Shown here one piece after another: positions 13,051 to 26,405 of a stretch of 64,000 bases of DNA. Made by a program: the position numbers and the translations under genes. Within the stretch, counting starts at the first letter, position 1, and each line of letters opens with the position of its first letter. The notes beneath the pieces are model-generated. The model made no database searches. It was not told the origin of the DNA and saw only the letters and a program-made list of their open reading frames with translations. The stretch is from Octopus sinensis (Eukaryota): contig NW_021833276.1 of NCBI RefSeq assembly GCF_006345805.1, positions 1-64,000 on the forward strand, in the 5' to 3' direction.

Positions 13051-13574
13051 AAATTTATTTATCAGAACAAAAAAACATATGTATACATATGTATGTATGT
13101 ATGGATGTATGGATGTAAGGATGTAAGTATGCATCCATGCATGTATGCGTGTATATGTGCGTGTATATGTGTGTGTATATATATGTATCTCTATATATAT
13201 ATGCATGCATGTATATATGCATGTACTCATGTATGTATGAATAAATGTATGTATGCATGTATTCATGTATGTATGTATGTATGTATGTATGTATGTATGT
13301 ATGTATGTATGTATTACTGAATGTGCACTAGCACAAACAGATAATATGCCAACAAAAATTGAATGAAGAAGGAAAAGTACAAAAAGCCAATTTCGATATT
13401 TCTAGAAAGTTCTAGAAATCTTCATGGAATTTCTTACTCTGATCTGCAGAGTGTGTTATCATTCACAACATCTGGACGAGAAAGCGAAAATAAGAATATA
13501 TTTTTAAATCATCATCATCATCAACATCGTCAATACATTAACTATTTTTGTAAAATATTTTCAAAATATCTATA

Positions 13575-13845
13575 AAAAAAAGAGAAAAGGAAAAAGAAAA
13601 AGAAATTTGGAAGACGAGGAGAAAGTTGAAAGGGATGAGGAGGACGACGAAGTGGAGGACGAGGAGGAGAACGAGGAGGAGAACGAGGAGGAAGGGGAGG
13701 AAGAAGAAAGCGAGGAAGACGAAGAAAACGAAGATGAAGAAGATCCAGGAAGAGGAGGAAGAAGAAGATGAGAAAAAGAAGGAAGGAGATTGGAGGAAAA
13801 TGAGGAGCAAGAACAGGAGGAACGGAAAGAGGGAAGGAAGGGGTT

Positions 13846-13879
<34 letters not shown>

Positions 13880-14109
13880 CAGCAGCAGCAGCAGTAGTAG
13901 TAATAGTAGTAGTTGTAAGGAGGAGGAGAAGGAGGAGTCGGGAAGTGGCAGGAGGGATCGACAAAGAATATAACAACAGTAAAAACCAAACAAAATAAAA
14001 CTGAGAATAAGAGAAAACAGAACGTCTGAACTTTCGAGTAAGAAAGAGAGGAGCCAGAGAGAGAGAGAGTGTGTGCATGCTAGAGAGGAAGAGAGAAACA
14101 GAGACGGAC

Positions 14110-14142
<33 letters not shown>
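13575..14142. repeat. Compound purine-rich simple repeats (GAG/GAA, AGT, AGC, GA)
   Basis: Read directly from the sequence. Confidence 0.9.
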
Positions 14143-14666
14143 TTTTCAAAAGTCTTCAGATACTGACGATAGAGTGAGACAGTAATTTCTGTGTTTGCTC
14201 GTTTCAGCGGAATCAGCGAATTCTTTCCACGGGAATATGATACGCTAAAAGTCCCAACTCCTTCAGGGAAACGCTGAGAAACAAACATACTTATACTGTA
14301 ACCACTTGTAATGTCTGATCGTCTGCTTCTGACCTTGTGGGTGGGAAGAAAGATGGCCAGTCGATTATTTAGAAAGAATATATCTGTGTGTGTGTGGGTG
14401 AGTGTATGTATGTGTACGCGGGTATATATAAGTGTATGTATGAATATGTATGTATGCATATATATATATGTGCATATTATATATACATATCCATATTTAT
14501 TTATATATATATGAATATATATATATGCATATATATATATAATACATATATATATATGTATATATATGCATATATGTGTGTGTATTATTATTTATTTTAT
14601 ATTATATATATATATATTTCTTTCCCTCTTTCTCTTTCTCTCACGTTATTTGTCATTCTCTCTCGC

Positions 14667-14706
<40 letters not shown>

Positions 14707-14711
14707 GTGTG

Positions 14712-14764
<53 letters not shown>

Positions 14765-15151
14765 GTGTGTGTGTGTGTGTGTTGTGTGTGTGTGTGTGTG
14801 TGTGAACATATTAAGAGACAGAGAAACAGAGGGACGGGAATGACATCGGTAGATAAATTACGAGATTTATATATATACATTCAACTACATACACGCAAAC
14901 TGTTTCTCTGTCTATCTCACTCACACACACACACACATACACACACACACAGACACGCACATACGCAAATAAAGATTATACAAGCATATGCATATATGCA
15001 TGTATGCATGTGCGCAAAGGGTGAAAAGACGACTTAAATTTTATCTAATCTTTAATAATAATTTGCGGAAGAAAACATTTTTGTTCTGTGTGTGTGTGTG
15101 TGTGTATGTGTGTGTGTGTGTGTGGTGTGTGTGTGTGTGTGTGTGTGTGTG

Positions 15152-15189
<38 letters not shown>

Positions 15190-15813
15190 ACGTGTGCTGC
15201 AGCTAATACCACTGATGATTTCAATAATCATGAAAATGACGGATGTGATAATGCCGTTGATGATGAGGAAGCGGATGATTAAAAGGTGACTATGGCGGCG
15301 ACAAACGACGAGAACGGCGTCACAACTGCGATAACAGTGACAACGACTTGACAATTGTGATGACGATTATATTGATGTTAATTCTAGCGATGGCGGTCGT
15401 CGCCTTCCTTATTGTGCTGAACGGGATATGTCTTGTGTGTCTATGTGTATCTATGTGTGCGAGCGCATTAGAAATGTGTGCTTCCATGCTTGTTTGTAAT
15501 GAAATAAACTAGACCTGTTAGAATTCTTGGAGACAGCACGAAGATAGTGGAAGTCAAGTAGTAAAATTAATGTGTTTGTTACATACATGCATGTGTATAT
15601 ATATACACATACATACTCGCGCACACACACACACCACACACATATATATTATAAATATATATATATATATAAATATACATATATATATACATATACATAT
15701 CTATGTATGTATATATACATACATATAAACATTATGTATACATATATATACATATAAATATATGGTGTATATATATATATAGTGTATATATATATATATA
15801 TATTTATATATGG

Positions 15814-15875
<62 letters not shown>

Positions 15876-16016
15876 ATATATGTATATGTATATATATATG
15901 TAGACACACCCATGTAACCAATACATGTATGCTATTCCATATATAAATAGAATTGCCGAAAAGAAATTTAGTAAGGAAGAGAATCAAAAGGACTGTCAAA
16001 ACAAAACATGAAAAAG

Positions 16017-16079
16017 GTAGATAGATACATAGATAGATAGATCGAAAGATAGGTAGATAGATAGATAGATCGATAGATT

Positions 16080-16161
<82 letters not shown>

Positions 16162-16179
16162 AAAATAGATAGATAGATC

Positions 16180-16240
<61 letters not shown>

Positions 16241-16265
16241 TTAGAAAGATAGATAGATAGATAGA
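16017..16265. repeat. (GATA)n microsatellite at the 3' end of Tx1 copy A
   Basis: Read directly from the sequence. Confidence 0.95.
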
Positions 16266-16565
16266 CAACATTTTATTGTAGCCACACAGGGCTAAACACA
16301 GAATAAAATGGACGAAATACAATGTAGAATTTTTTCATTTCGAGGTGGGATGGGTGGGGCAAACCCCCCCCCCCAAAAAAAAAAACGTTTGATCAAAAGG
16401 GCTCTGTGGGTTGAGTGGTGTATAAAAAAGTAACATATATATATAAGGTTCACAGTTTAGGTGTAGCCTTGGAAAGAAAAACCTACAAAAAAGACCAAGG
16501 TCACCTCAGACAGTTCGAAAAGGAACTCATGAGTAAGTCGCCTTACATCTCGTTGTCTCTTTTGG

Positions 16566-19500
16566 TTACAGATTTATGCTTAAAATAGTGTCGTCTTTCA
16601 TACTGACCATTTTTGCCACTTTTACCCACTTTTTATTAAAACATTCGTTCGACAAAGCCTTCCTCTCTATTCTCATCAACCTTTTCAAGTGGTAATTGAA
16701 AAAGTTGACCAGAGACTGACCAGAGAGGAAGATCTTTGTTTGCAGTCCTTTCAAACGCGTCCACCACACACATTCTTTCGCCATAGCCATCAGCGTAACG
16801 AAAACAGTTTTCCCTTCCCGTTTAAAGGAAGGTGGTGGAACAATATTCACGATAGACTCGGCCGATACGCGGGCCCAACCTACACGCGACAACAGCTGTT
16901 CGACGAAGGTCCACAGCTCTGAAATATCTGGACACTGCACGAGTGCGTGCAGAACGGTTTCGTCGCTCTGACCGCATCTCGGGCAGGTCGGTCCGGTGGT
17001 GGTTTTCGAACCGTGCCTGTAGCTCTTCTCTCGAACAGGTAGTGCGTCTCGATAGCACTGCCAAGCCAAGGATTTCTGGAAGTTATCCATAGGCCCCGGC
17101 CCGAACGTCGTCCTGAACAAGCGGGTTAGGAATTTCTCGTCGATGCCCAGGTTTGCCCCGAGTGTGTCGTCGGACCTCTCCTCCACTAGTCCTCTATAGA
17201 ACGCTATAGTCGTTTGTAAGTTGCACAAATTTGACCCCGGTCGGCAGAGCTGCTGTAGAGGTTGGCGACACTCTCGGTGCCAGTCACCCAGTTTCGGTCA
17301 CTTTTGATCCACGTTTGCAGTTCGGTCAGTGAGACGAGCTGCGGGAAGGCGTGCCTCACAAACGGCACCCACACCTGTTCACCGTTGTCGATGAAGTTCC
17401 AGAGATGTCGCAGTCTCAGCGCATGCCTGCGCATCATCAACCACGGCATGCCCAGTCCTCCATTCAACGGATGTTGACAGCAAATGGACTTCCTCCTCAC
17501 CATCGGAACGCCACCCTTCCACAGGAAGCGGAAGAGTATGCGTTCCAGTTTGGTGATGGTGACGTCGGGAAAAGGTACGACGGTCAGGCGGTAATCGATG
17601 ACGGATGCGATGTACGCGTTCGCCACCTCACCCTTGCCTTTTAGAGACAGCTTTCTCTCGGCCCATGTTTGGCTGAGAGCGACCACTCTACTCGTGATCT
17701 CGTCCCAGTTCTTATCTATTTGGAGGTCCGGACTGAACCAGACCCCGAGCAATTTAACCGGTCCGTCCGTCCTGCGTCCCACTACTGAGCCGCAGTCGGA
17801 CGGCATGAGCTTGCTTCTCCAGTTGCCGAGTATCAAACCCACTGACTTTTCCGGGTTAATCTACGCTCCCGTCACCGTTTCGTATTTTCTTAGTGTCTCG
17901 CCTATCATCTGGATGTGTTTGTCGCTCGACACTATGACGGTGACATCGTCCGCATATGCCGACACGCTCGTCCCGCAACCCAGTTCTCGTGGGATGTCCC
18001 TCAGTGTCGCCAGCTTCCGCAGTAGCGGCTCGAGAGTCAATACATACAGAAGCGCCGACAGGGGACACCCCTGACGGACCGAACGCGTGATGTCACACGG
18101 TTTCGACAGGTGACCGTTCACCCGAATCACCGATCGGATGCCGCTATACAAGGCAGCGATCCAACCGCGGAAGACGGGACCGAAACCAGCCGCCCTGATG
18201 ACGGCCGCCAAGTACCGATGGTCGACCCTATCGAAGGCTTTAGACTGATCCAAATTTATCAGCGCCCCACCTATGCCAGGAACCTTAACTACCATGTCCA
18301 CAATGTAGCGCATCAAATGGAGGCTGTCATGTATGGTTCTGGCCGGCACGGCGCATGTTTGCGCCATGTCGACCAGTTTACCAATGACAAGCGCCAACCT
18401 CTCGGCTATTACTTTGGCCAAAATTTTCAAATCTGCGTTGAGCAGAGTGATAGGCCTGAAATTATCTATAATATTCCCCTTGTTTGGGTCTTTCTTCAGC
18501 AACGTGACTGCACCTCGGCTCACGAAACCGGGGATTCTCCCGTTTTGTTGCCAGTTGCAGTAGACTGATGCCAAGAGGTCGCCAAACAAGTCTGGCATTT
18601 GACAATACAGCTCGTAGGGTAAACCATCCAATCCAGGCGACTTATCCCTCGCGCAGCCCGCCATCGCATCCCACACGTCATCGGCTGTGATGGGACTTTC
18701 ACAACACTCCGCTTCTCTTGCCGAGAGCCGCGGCAGGTCGGTCAGGTAGGCACTGAAATCCATCCCGCATTCCGACCCACCACTCGCACCAAACAGTAGA
18801 GCAAAGTGCTGTTGGAAGGCCTCACACATCCTTTCGGGTTCGAGTAAACTGCATCCCTGTTGATCTATTAGAGACCGAATGGTGGCTCTGTTGCCACGCT
18901 GCGCCTCCGCTACCCGGGCCTCTCGCGCAGCTTCGATCCCTTCGTTCCATAAGGCACGCATTTTAGCTCTGACGACGCAACCTTCGTGTTTGGCGTTGAG
19001 GTTTTGGTCGAGGGCCATCCTCGCAGCCAGCACGTTGGTTGCGCTGCCAGTGGTAAGTGCCTCTTCTAGTTTCTTAACCAAGTCTCCCTCTATTCTATTT
19101 CGTTCTATCACTAATTCCTTGCTAAACCTAATTGATTCCGATTTTATTGCCATTTTCAGGGCGAACCACCAGCGGTTGTTGAGGACGGCTCCCGTCAGCG
19201 CCCTCTTAATTAACTCGCTAATCCGGTTCCTGTAAACCTGTCGCGCTAACAGCGACGTGTTCAGTTTCCAGTAACCGGGACCCTGTCTATGTGTTTTATC
19301 TAAGTCGAGCGTACACGTCACAAATTTGTGATCTGTGTATATTTTAAATTGTGGACATCCTACACTATCCCTATCCGCTGTCCTGCATAGTATTCTATCT
19401 AGATAAGATCTCGAGAATCCTACGCGGTTTGTCCAAGTCCACGTTGTCACGTTCGGATGGTCGAGTCGGAACCTGTCAGATAAATGGAAACGTCTGAGCA

Positions 19501-20011
19501 GGTCTTTGAGGCTCTTACACCCCTTTCTATTCCTATCCATTCCCACATAATCTAGATGCGTGTCCAAGGTAGCGTTCCAATCCCCTACAAACAGTAAAGG
19601 TCTAGACGTACCCAGGAAAACTTCTAGACGTCTGAAGAAATCCGCCTGACCCGTTAAGGACGGTGCATAAACTGCCATCAGACGGAATGTACACCCATTT
19701 CTGCCATCCACGTCCAAGACAACCACTCTACCCTCCGGGTCTAGGAATATTGCTCTTACTTTTACATTTAGACTCTTTCGAAAAAGCATTGCGGTAACTC
19801 CACCACTCATGTTAGGCAGACAGGGAGAAAAATAAATGTCAAATTGATTGCCAAACATGGACGCGAGGGCCCGCGGCTTACTGAGTCTGGTTTCACTGAT
19901 AGCTACTATATCCACGTTCAGTGACTTGATGTCATTTAGAAGGTATCCTTGCTTCCAAGACGACGCCAAGCCACGCGCATTCACACAACCCAATTTAAGC
20001 ATACTTGACAT
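16566..20011 (-). pseudogene. ORF2 of Tx1 copy A: APE endonuclease, reverse transcriptase and zf-RVT
   Basis: NARGL, SET, GDWN, SYLDR, TDH (APE); PGLDG, FRPITLLNADLKI, DQSKAFDRVDH, QGCPLS, YADD (RT); CPRC..H..C. One in-frame TAG at 17861-17863 and one frameshift near 17300. Confidence 0.92.
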
Positions 20012-20029
20012 TTACGAAAATTGTGTTTT

Positions 20030-21871
20030 ACACACTACATTGGGAGAGACAAGAGGCAAGAGGGGAGGTCACTTACTCATTTTAAAAGTTTCATTTTTTC
20101 TTCTTCTTTTGTATTGTTTTTGATGAGGTGTTTGTATAGTTTTTTCGACAGGTATCGTTGAAACCCGCCTACCGCTTTCTGAAATATTGTTTTCAGTATG
20201 TGGTGTTGTGCTTGTGTTATGTGTAAAATTCTGATGTGTTTCGGTGGTGTGCTGTGCGGATGATTGTTTGTCTTAAAGTCATCTTCACAGATGTCCGTGT
20301 TGGATGTGATGTAGCCCATTAATTCTTTATTGTCTGTGTCTATTGCAGTTAGTTGTGTGTGTGGTTTTACGGGTTCATTGCTTTTTTGATTGTCTAGTGG
20401 GATGCTGTCAGCTGTTATGTATCTCCCTGCTTTACTTCCTTGTTTGGTGGATTTTTTGGATCTTTTCCTTTTACCCCCTGTGGCTATTTGCCATTCCGTC
20501 GAACTTTCGTCGTCCGACGTATCAGTAGGAGGTAAAGGCAAAGCATTTGCATTACTATGTATGCTTGTAGAAATTGTTGAGCTTTTGTGCGGTGTTTATG
20601 TTGTGGTGTTAGGGGTAGAATTTGTCTTCTCGTCACTGTTTTCTGTCTTTTTAATTGTCGTTCTCGGTGTTGGTGTTGGTGTTGGTCTATTTTTTGTTGG
20701 TTCAACATGTTGAATTAGTTGTGACGTCAGCGGTGATTGTGTTGGTACTGTTTCTTTTCTTGGTGATGTTGTTGGGGTTTGTATGCTGGTTTGTTGTTTT
20801 TTCTTGGCATTGTTCCAATTGAGTGTGTGTGTTGGTGGTTGGTGTTGGTGTTGGCAACAAGGGTTTTTTATTGTTTTCTGATTTGTTCTTTCTTGTTTTT
20901 TCTGTACCAGAGCGCACTTGGCAATTAAATGTTCGGGGCTGCCACAGTTGTAGCATCTAGACTTTTTGCCTTCTGCTACAACATATAGGCATTGCCCATT
21001 TTCCAAGTGGATCTTATCCGGTAGGCTCTCGATAGAGGCCCCCTCAATCTGTATGGTCACCACTATTGTCTTCCCACCCCAAATGTCGCCAAGGTACACG
21101 GCGGTTTCCAAAATGTTGATATTTTTTAAATGGTAACAGATTGCCCCTATTATACATTTGTTAGGAATCTCGGGAGGTGCATTTTTAATAGTGATTCGAC
21201 TCACTCTCTGGTTTTTATGGTATGGGACCATGATGATTTCATCATTTCCTAGTTTATATATTCTTTTTCTTTCATTATGCTTTTTAAGCATTTTTCTACA
21301 TCTGTTTTTGTAATCTGTTCATTTAGTTTTTGTTTTTCCTTATAATTTTATATATAATTGTCTTATTTTCTATTTCTTGCTTTATGTGTTGAGGTGTATG
21401 TAACACTAAATCTTGCCCTCTGGTTGTAAAGAGAGCTCTCGTTTCTATTAGCTCTTCACTTGTAAATGTTACAATCTCTTTCTTCTGACGCAGAGTGTCA
21501 GCGAAATTTACTTGTGTTGTTGATTTTTTTTGTATTAACATCTTCACTATTAGATAGTTCATTTTTATTGTCGTTCTTGTTGTTGTTGTTTTTTTCTTAA
21601 TAGTATTCGCGTGAGTTTCATTTTTATCATTTATGTTGGTGGTGGTGGTGGAGGTTGTGGTTATAGCAGTAGTCTCGTTGTTGTTGTTGTTGTTAGTGGT
21701 GGTGGTGGTGACAGGGCTGTTACCGCACGTGGTTGCAGCGTTCATTCGACCGTTATTCATGTTTGCACTTTGTGTGCATGAGTTCTTTTTTTCTCCTAGC
21801 GTTTCCAGACTAGGAAAATTCTGGTCCATAAAGGAACGCGACCAGCGTTCTACAATAAAATTTCTCGACAT
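20030..21871 (-). pseudogene. ORF1 of Tx1 copy A (gag-like, zinc knuckle), frameshifted
   Basis: Pieces 21323..21871, 20596..21291 and 20077..20541; CYNCGSPEHLIAKC knuckle; starts MSRNFIVE like copy C. Confidence 0.85.
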
Positions 21872-22068
21872 TTTCTAATGTCGAGAATAAAATTTCAGAA
21901 ATGAAATGTGGTTGAAACTGCCTCTAGGGGCGAATTCCTCACTTGGAAAAGCACTCAAACGAAAGTTGGGTGCCTTACACACCTTATTTGCAAAAATGTA
22001 CACAAAATATGGGCTATAAATAGTCAAAATAAACGATTACCTTCGGAGCCGAACTGACAGCACGTCCG

Positions 22069-22170
<102 letters not shown>

Positions 22171-23748
22171 TGTTTCTTTATTAGCCACACAGACGGAACA
22201 GATTACAAAGTAGAGCATTTCACTTTTTGAAGAAAAAATAAAGTGGGGTAGGTTTTCGATCAAAAGGGATCGAAAGAGGGAAAGAAAAAAAAAAGGAAAA
22301 GATACAAAAGAAAAAAAAAGAAAAAAGAATAAAAAAGGAAAGGAAAAAAGGGGAACAAGAAACAAACGATCAATAGGGATCGTGTATTCCCAGCGTCATG
22401 ATGTACGGTGTAAAGGGGGAAGCAGATAAGGTTTTTCCGTGGGAAGAAAAGCCTACGGAAAAGACCACGGTAACCTCGGTCAATATTGTAACATGTTACC
22501 ACATTTGTTTGCAAGTGGGGAACCCTCTATTATCAATTTCTGGGTTCATAGGTCTACCCTATCGAAAGCTTTCGATTGATCCGAATTGACCAGCGCCCCA
22601 CCCATGCCAGGTTCCTTAACTACTCTGTATATGATGTAGCGCATCAGGTGGAGATTGTCATGTATGCTCCGGCCCGGCACGGCGCACGTTTGCGCCTTGT
22701 CAACAAGTTTCTCGATTTCAAGCGACAACCTCTTAGCTAATACCTTGGCCAAAATTTTCAAGTCTGCATTAAGCAAAGTGATGGGCCTAAAGTTATCTAT
22801 TACATTCCCCTTGTTTAGATCTTTCTTCAGCAGTGTTACGGCTCCTCGGCTCACAAAACCAGGAATGCTCCCGTCTTCCTACCAGTTGCAGTACACCGCT
22901 GCCAAGACGTCTCCAAACAAGTCTGGCATACAACTGTATAACTCGTAGGGCAGACCATCCAAACCCGGCGATTTGTCTATCGAGCATTCTGCCATTGCGG
23001 CTCACACATCCGCCGCCGTGATGGCACCTTCGCAGCACTCTGCCTCTCTTGCCGAGATTCGTGGCTCGCTGTGCAAGTAGGCACTGAAGTCCACCCTGCG
23101 TTCACGCTCGCCACTCGTCCCGAACAGTCGGGTAAAGTGCCGCTGAAATGCCTCGCACATCTTGCTGGGCGCGAGCAGTTCACGCCCTTGTTCGTCTACC
23201 AGAGACCGAATGGTAGCTTTGTTGCCCTGCTGCGCCTCCGCCACCCGGGCCTCTCTCCCGGCTCCAACACCTTCCATCCTTAGAGCACGCAGCCTAGCCC
23301 TGACAGCACACTCTTCGTGTTTGGCGTTGAAGTGTTGGTCTAGGGCCAACCTCGCCGCTAAAACGTCGGATATGATGCCGCTTCTTATTGCCTCTTCTAA
23401 CTTCTTAACTAACTCACCCTCGACTCTATTTTTATCTACGGCTAGTGCCTTGCTATATCTAATAGCTTCCGCTTTTACTGCTCTCTTGAGGGTGAACCAC
23501 AATTTGTCGTTGATGCTGGCTCCCGTTAAAGCCCTCTTTACTAACGTGTTGATTAAACCTCTCTGGACGGGAAAGATGCATTTAGTTTCCAGTAACCGGA
23601 ACCCTGTCTATGCGCGTTATGTAAGTCTAGCGTACACGTTACGAATTTGTGATCCGTGTAGCTGACTGTGTGGAATTGTGGACCTCCTAAATTATCCCTG
23701 TCTACTGTCCTACACAGTATCCTATCTAGATACGATCTCGACGACCCA
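22171..23748 (-). mobile_element. 5'-truncated, internally deleted Tx1 LINE, copy B (a different subfamily)
   Basis: SRSYLDRILCR..TDHKFV..GYWKLN and FRPITLLNADLKI..SKAFDRVD, then a jump to a 3'UTR resembling A and C (gaggttaccgtggtcttttccgtaggc); ends in (TATC)n. Confidence 0.88.
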
Positions 23749-23749
23749 C

Positions 23750-25481
23750 TGCATGACATGCAAAATATAACACCCTATATCTAATTATCTATAAATTAAA
23801 CGACCAAACTGGGTTCATAAAATACAATGAAATGAAATGAAATAAAAGCAGAATCCTATACAAGAAAATAATAATAGTATATAACAGTCGGTTTTTCTTA
23901 AGAAATATATCGAAATTTATACAAAAACTTTGCGATGTGGAATAAATCATTCATAATAAGAAACAAATCCAACAGTATGATTAAAAACTAGTCCAAGAAT
24001 CAAAAATATACGCTATCCATATGGTATATTGCTAGTCGACATTTTAAATTTAGCTGCGTGTCTGTATGAATTCAACAGTTCGCTTCTTTGATTTAAAGAA
24101 TTATTGTCTTGGAATAAAATAAAATATTTTTCCAGCAAACATAAATCGCACTTGAAATTTCTCTTATGCGCACCGTGCCTGTATGGTGCCGCTCTATCCG
24201 AAATACTTCATGACACGTTGAAAGGTCGGGCTTCTTTTTCTTTTAATTCCAGACATATTTCGCCAGGCTGGTCTTCGTCCTATTTTCGAGGTATGTAAAG
24301 GAATTTTTATGCGAATAAAATCGGGTTTTAAAAGAATTTCAGAAGCCCCTGTATAAGTTCTATATTTGCACCTTGAGTCTATATACGACTCCTTTTTCTA
24401 AACATTTCCCTTCCAACGGACAGGAGGATCCATCTTTACAATTACAATTTTAAGAGGATCGGTACTAAGCTTGTTATCAATGAGTTTCCTGTTGTGCTGG
24501 CTAACGTAAGAGGCGAAATTCCTGCAACAAGAATAGCTGATCTTAAGGGTTCTTCTATTAAATATTCTATAAAATTTATGGTCCTTTTTAAAATGCCTAG
24601 AGACTAATTTCAAGAATTCCCTACCTATGTTTGTTTTTACGGCTAAATTGAAAGCTGGGTTGAACCACAAAACTTTTCTGGTCCTAGTTCTGCGCGCAGC
24701 ATTACTACTAGCATTAACTTGGTTATACTGGATCTTCTCAGAGAATCCACTATTCCTTAATGCGCTCTCGTAATAAGGAGCAGCATTTTGGAATGCTGCC
24801 TCATCCGAATAAATTGACGATATTCGCCTACCTACATTGCTGACTATGTCCCTAAGAATAACTGATAGCTTATCATTAAGCTTACGGTAAGGTTTAAATT
24901 TATCCGACCTTAAATCCAAATTTACATCTAAAAAACTACACTTTTCAGGTTAGTATCTATCGTAACCCGTAAGCCCATCCTTTGGAAGAAAGCAATAAGG
25001 TCCTTCCTAAGTTTATCTGATTCACGGCTGTTTAAATTATGGGTGACTATAAGGCCGTCATCCCTATATAAACCTGCATCTATAAACGGGAATTCTATTT
25101 TTAGATTATGAAGGATATGGGCTCCTATGAGCATACATAACTCAGCCCCGTCGTATGTCCCCATCGGTACATCGAAAAGAGAATCTTCACTCTACTTAAC
25201 CTAGGTGGAATCCTCGAAAAAAAGAAGTGATTTCCTTGCATGAATGATTACGTCAATTTTCGAGTTATCGATGTTGACATACTGTTTGGCGAAGTCTGAT
25301 GCTCTTAGGAGTAAAGTCCTAGATATTGACGAGTAGAAGTCAATAATATCAAACTGCGTAAAATTGCAGTTTGAAATGTTTTTTCGGTTCAATTTTAACA
25401 AAACTGCCCGACGAACGGGAAAGTGAAACTCTGAGTAACAGCTTTTGTTATATTTCTGCTGCTTTTAAATAAAGTATACTT
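23750..25481 (-). mobile_element. 5'-truncated Penelope-like element of Naiad type, with an inverted pLTR stub at 25403-25481
   Basis: QFDIIDFYSSI, MGTYDGAELC..GLYRDDGL, VLWFNPAFNLAVKTNIGREFL, CNCKDGSSCPLEGKC linker, GVVY..YTG (GIY-YIG). The stub contains a decayed HHR (ccgacga..GAAA-ctctgag-TA-acag) and ends in (TA)n. Confidence 0.88.
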
Positions 25482-25493
25482 ATATATATATAT

Positions 25494-25806
25494 TGGAGCA
25501 CTCCGTCGGTTACGGCAACAAGGGTTCCAGCTGATACGATCAATGGAACAGCTTGCTCATGAAATTAACGTGCAAGAGACTGAGCAATCCACAAACACGT
25601 GTACCCCTAACGTAGTTCTCGGGGAGTTTCAGCGTGACACAGAGTGTGACAAGGCCAGCCCTTAGAAAATACAGGTACAGTTCATTTTCGCCAGCTGAGT
25701 GGATTGGAGCAACGTGTCTTGCTCAAGGACACAACGCGTCGCCGGGAATTGAACTCACGACCTTATAATCGTGAACCGAATGCCCTAACCACTTAGCCAC
25801 GCGCTT
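25494..25806 (-). mobile_element. tRNA-derived SINE, family 2
   Basis: Minus-strand head gcgcgtggctaagtggttaggg...gtgagttcaattcccggcg...tgtgtccttgagcaagacac; second copy at 29655-29955. Confidence 0.8.
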
Positions 25807-25949
25807 TCATAATTTACGTATATATTCACAATATATACGTGTATTATATATATATATATACCAGATACGCCGAAACAAAAAATTGTCGATAACCATTAAA
25901 TTTATGCGTCTCGAAACAAACCGATAGAAATCTCTACAAAATTCGTTAT

Positions 25950-26006
25950 TACCGTATTGGTCCAATTTCGGGGTTAATTCACAAGAAATTTCCCCCTCTT
26001 CAGCGG
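25950..26006 (-). ncRNA. Type I hammerhead ribozyme (inverted copy; helix I shortened)
   Basis: ccg-CTGAAGA-gggg..cccc-GAAA-ttggaccaa-TA-cgg. Confidence 0.65.
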
Positions 26007-26222
26007 AAATTTTTTTTTATCCTATATCAATTATAAATAGATTAGTGTTCACTTCCGGATTCTATCACTCTGTGAAAGTTTCTAGTTCAAATCACACGTG
26101 TCTCGAGGTGCGCCGACGATTTTTCTATTTTGGATATATTTGGGGTACTTAGGTCTGCTCGGGACATGGTGCTTGCTTCTTCCGTGGGTATGAATAAGTA
26201 TTTCATTTATATCTCGCGTATG

Positions 26223-26281
26223 TGCCGCTGAAGAGGGGAAAATTTCTTATGAATTAACCCCGAAATTGGACCAATACGGTA
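26223..26281 (+). ncRNA. Type I hammerhead ribozyme with canonical core
   Basis: tgccg-CTGAAGA-ggggaaaatttcttatgaattaacccc-GAAA-ttggaccaa-TA-cggta. Confidence 0.8.
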
Positions 26282-26405
26282 ATAACGAATTTTGTAGAGA
26301 TTTCTATCGGTTTGTTTCGAGACGCATAAATTTAATGGTTATCGACAATTTTTTTGTTTCGGCGTATCTGGCATTAGAATTTTTCTTCTGCCCTTATCTT
26401 GTAAA

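Larger units (their letters stand above)
16267..22068 (-). mobile_element. Near-full-length Tx1/L1-clade LINE, copy A
   Basis: 5'UTR, ORF1, ORF2 (APE-RT-CCHC) and 3'UTR are present; flanked on both sides by (GATA)n; collinear with copy C. Confidence 0.93.
25861..26371. mobile_element. Head-to-head inverted pLTR-like pair with two hammerhead ribozymes
   Basis: 25861-26006 is the near-exact reverse complement of 26225-26371. Confidence 0.85.

Noticed and set aside
17861-17863. Programmed readthrough of the in-frame TAG in Tx1 ORF2
   Set aside because: Copy C has a Lys codon at the equivalent site (TGAKINPEK), so this is a private nonsense change or a sequencing error.
21900-22068. HDV-like ribozyme in the Tx1 5'UTR
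   Set aside because: Only simple hairpins are visible; I could not assemble the nested double pseudoknot.
24360-24450. Selenoprotein-type Naiad (UGA at conserved Cys)
   Set aside because: All four linker cysteines in CNCKDGSSCPLEGKC are TGT codons, and I could not identify a SECIS.
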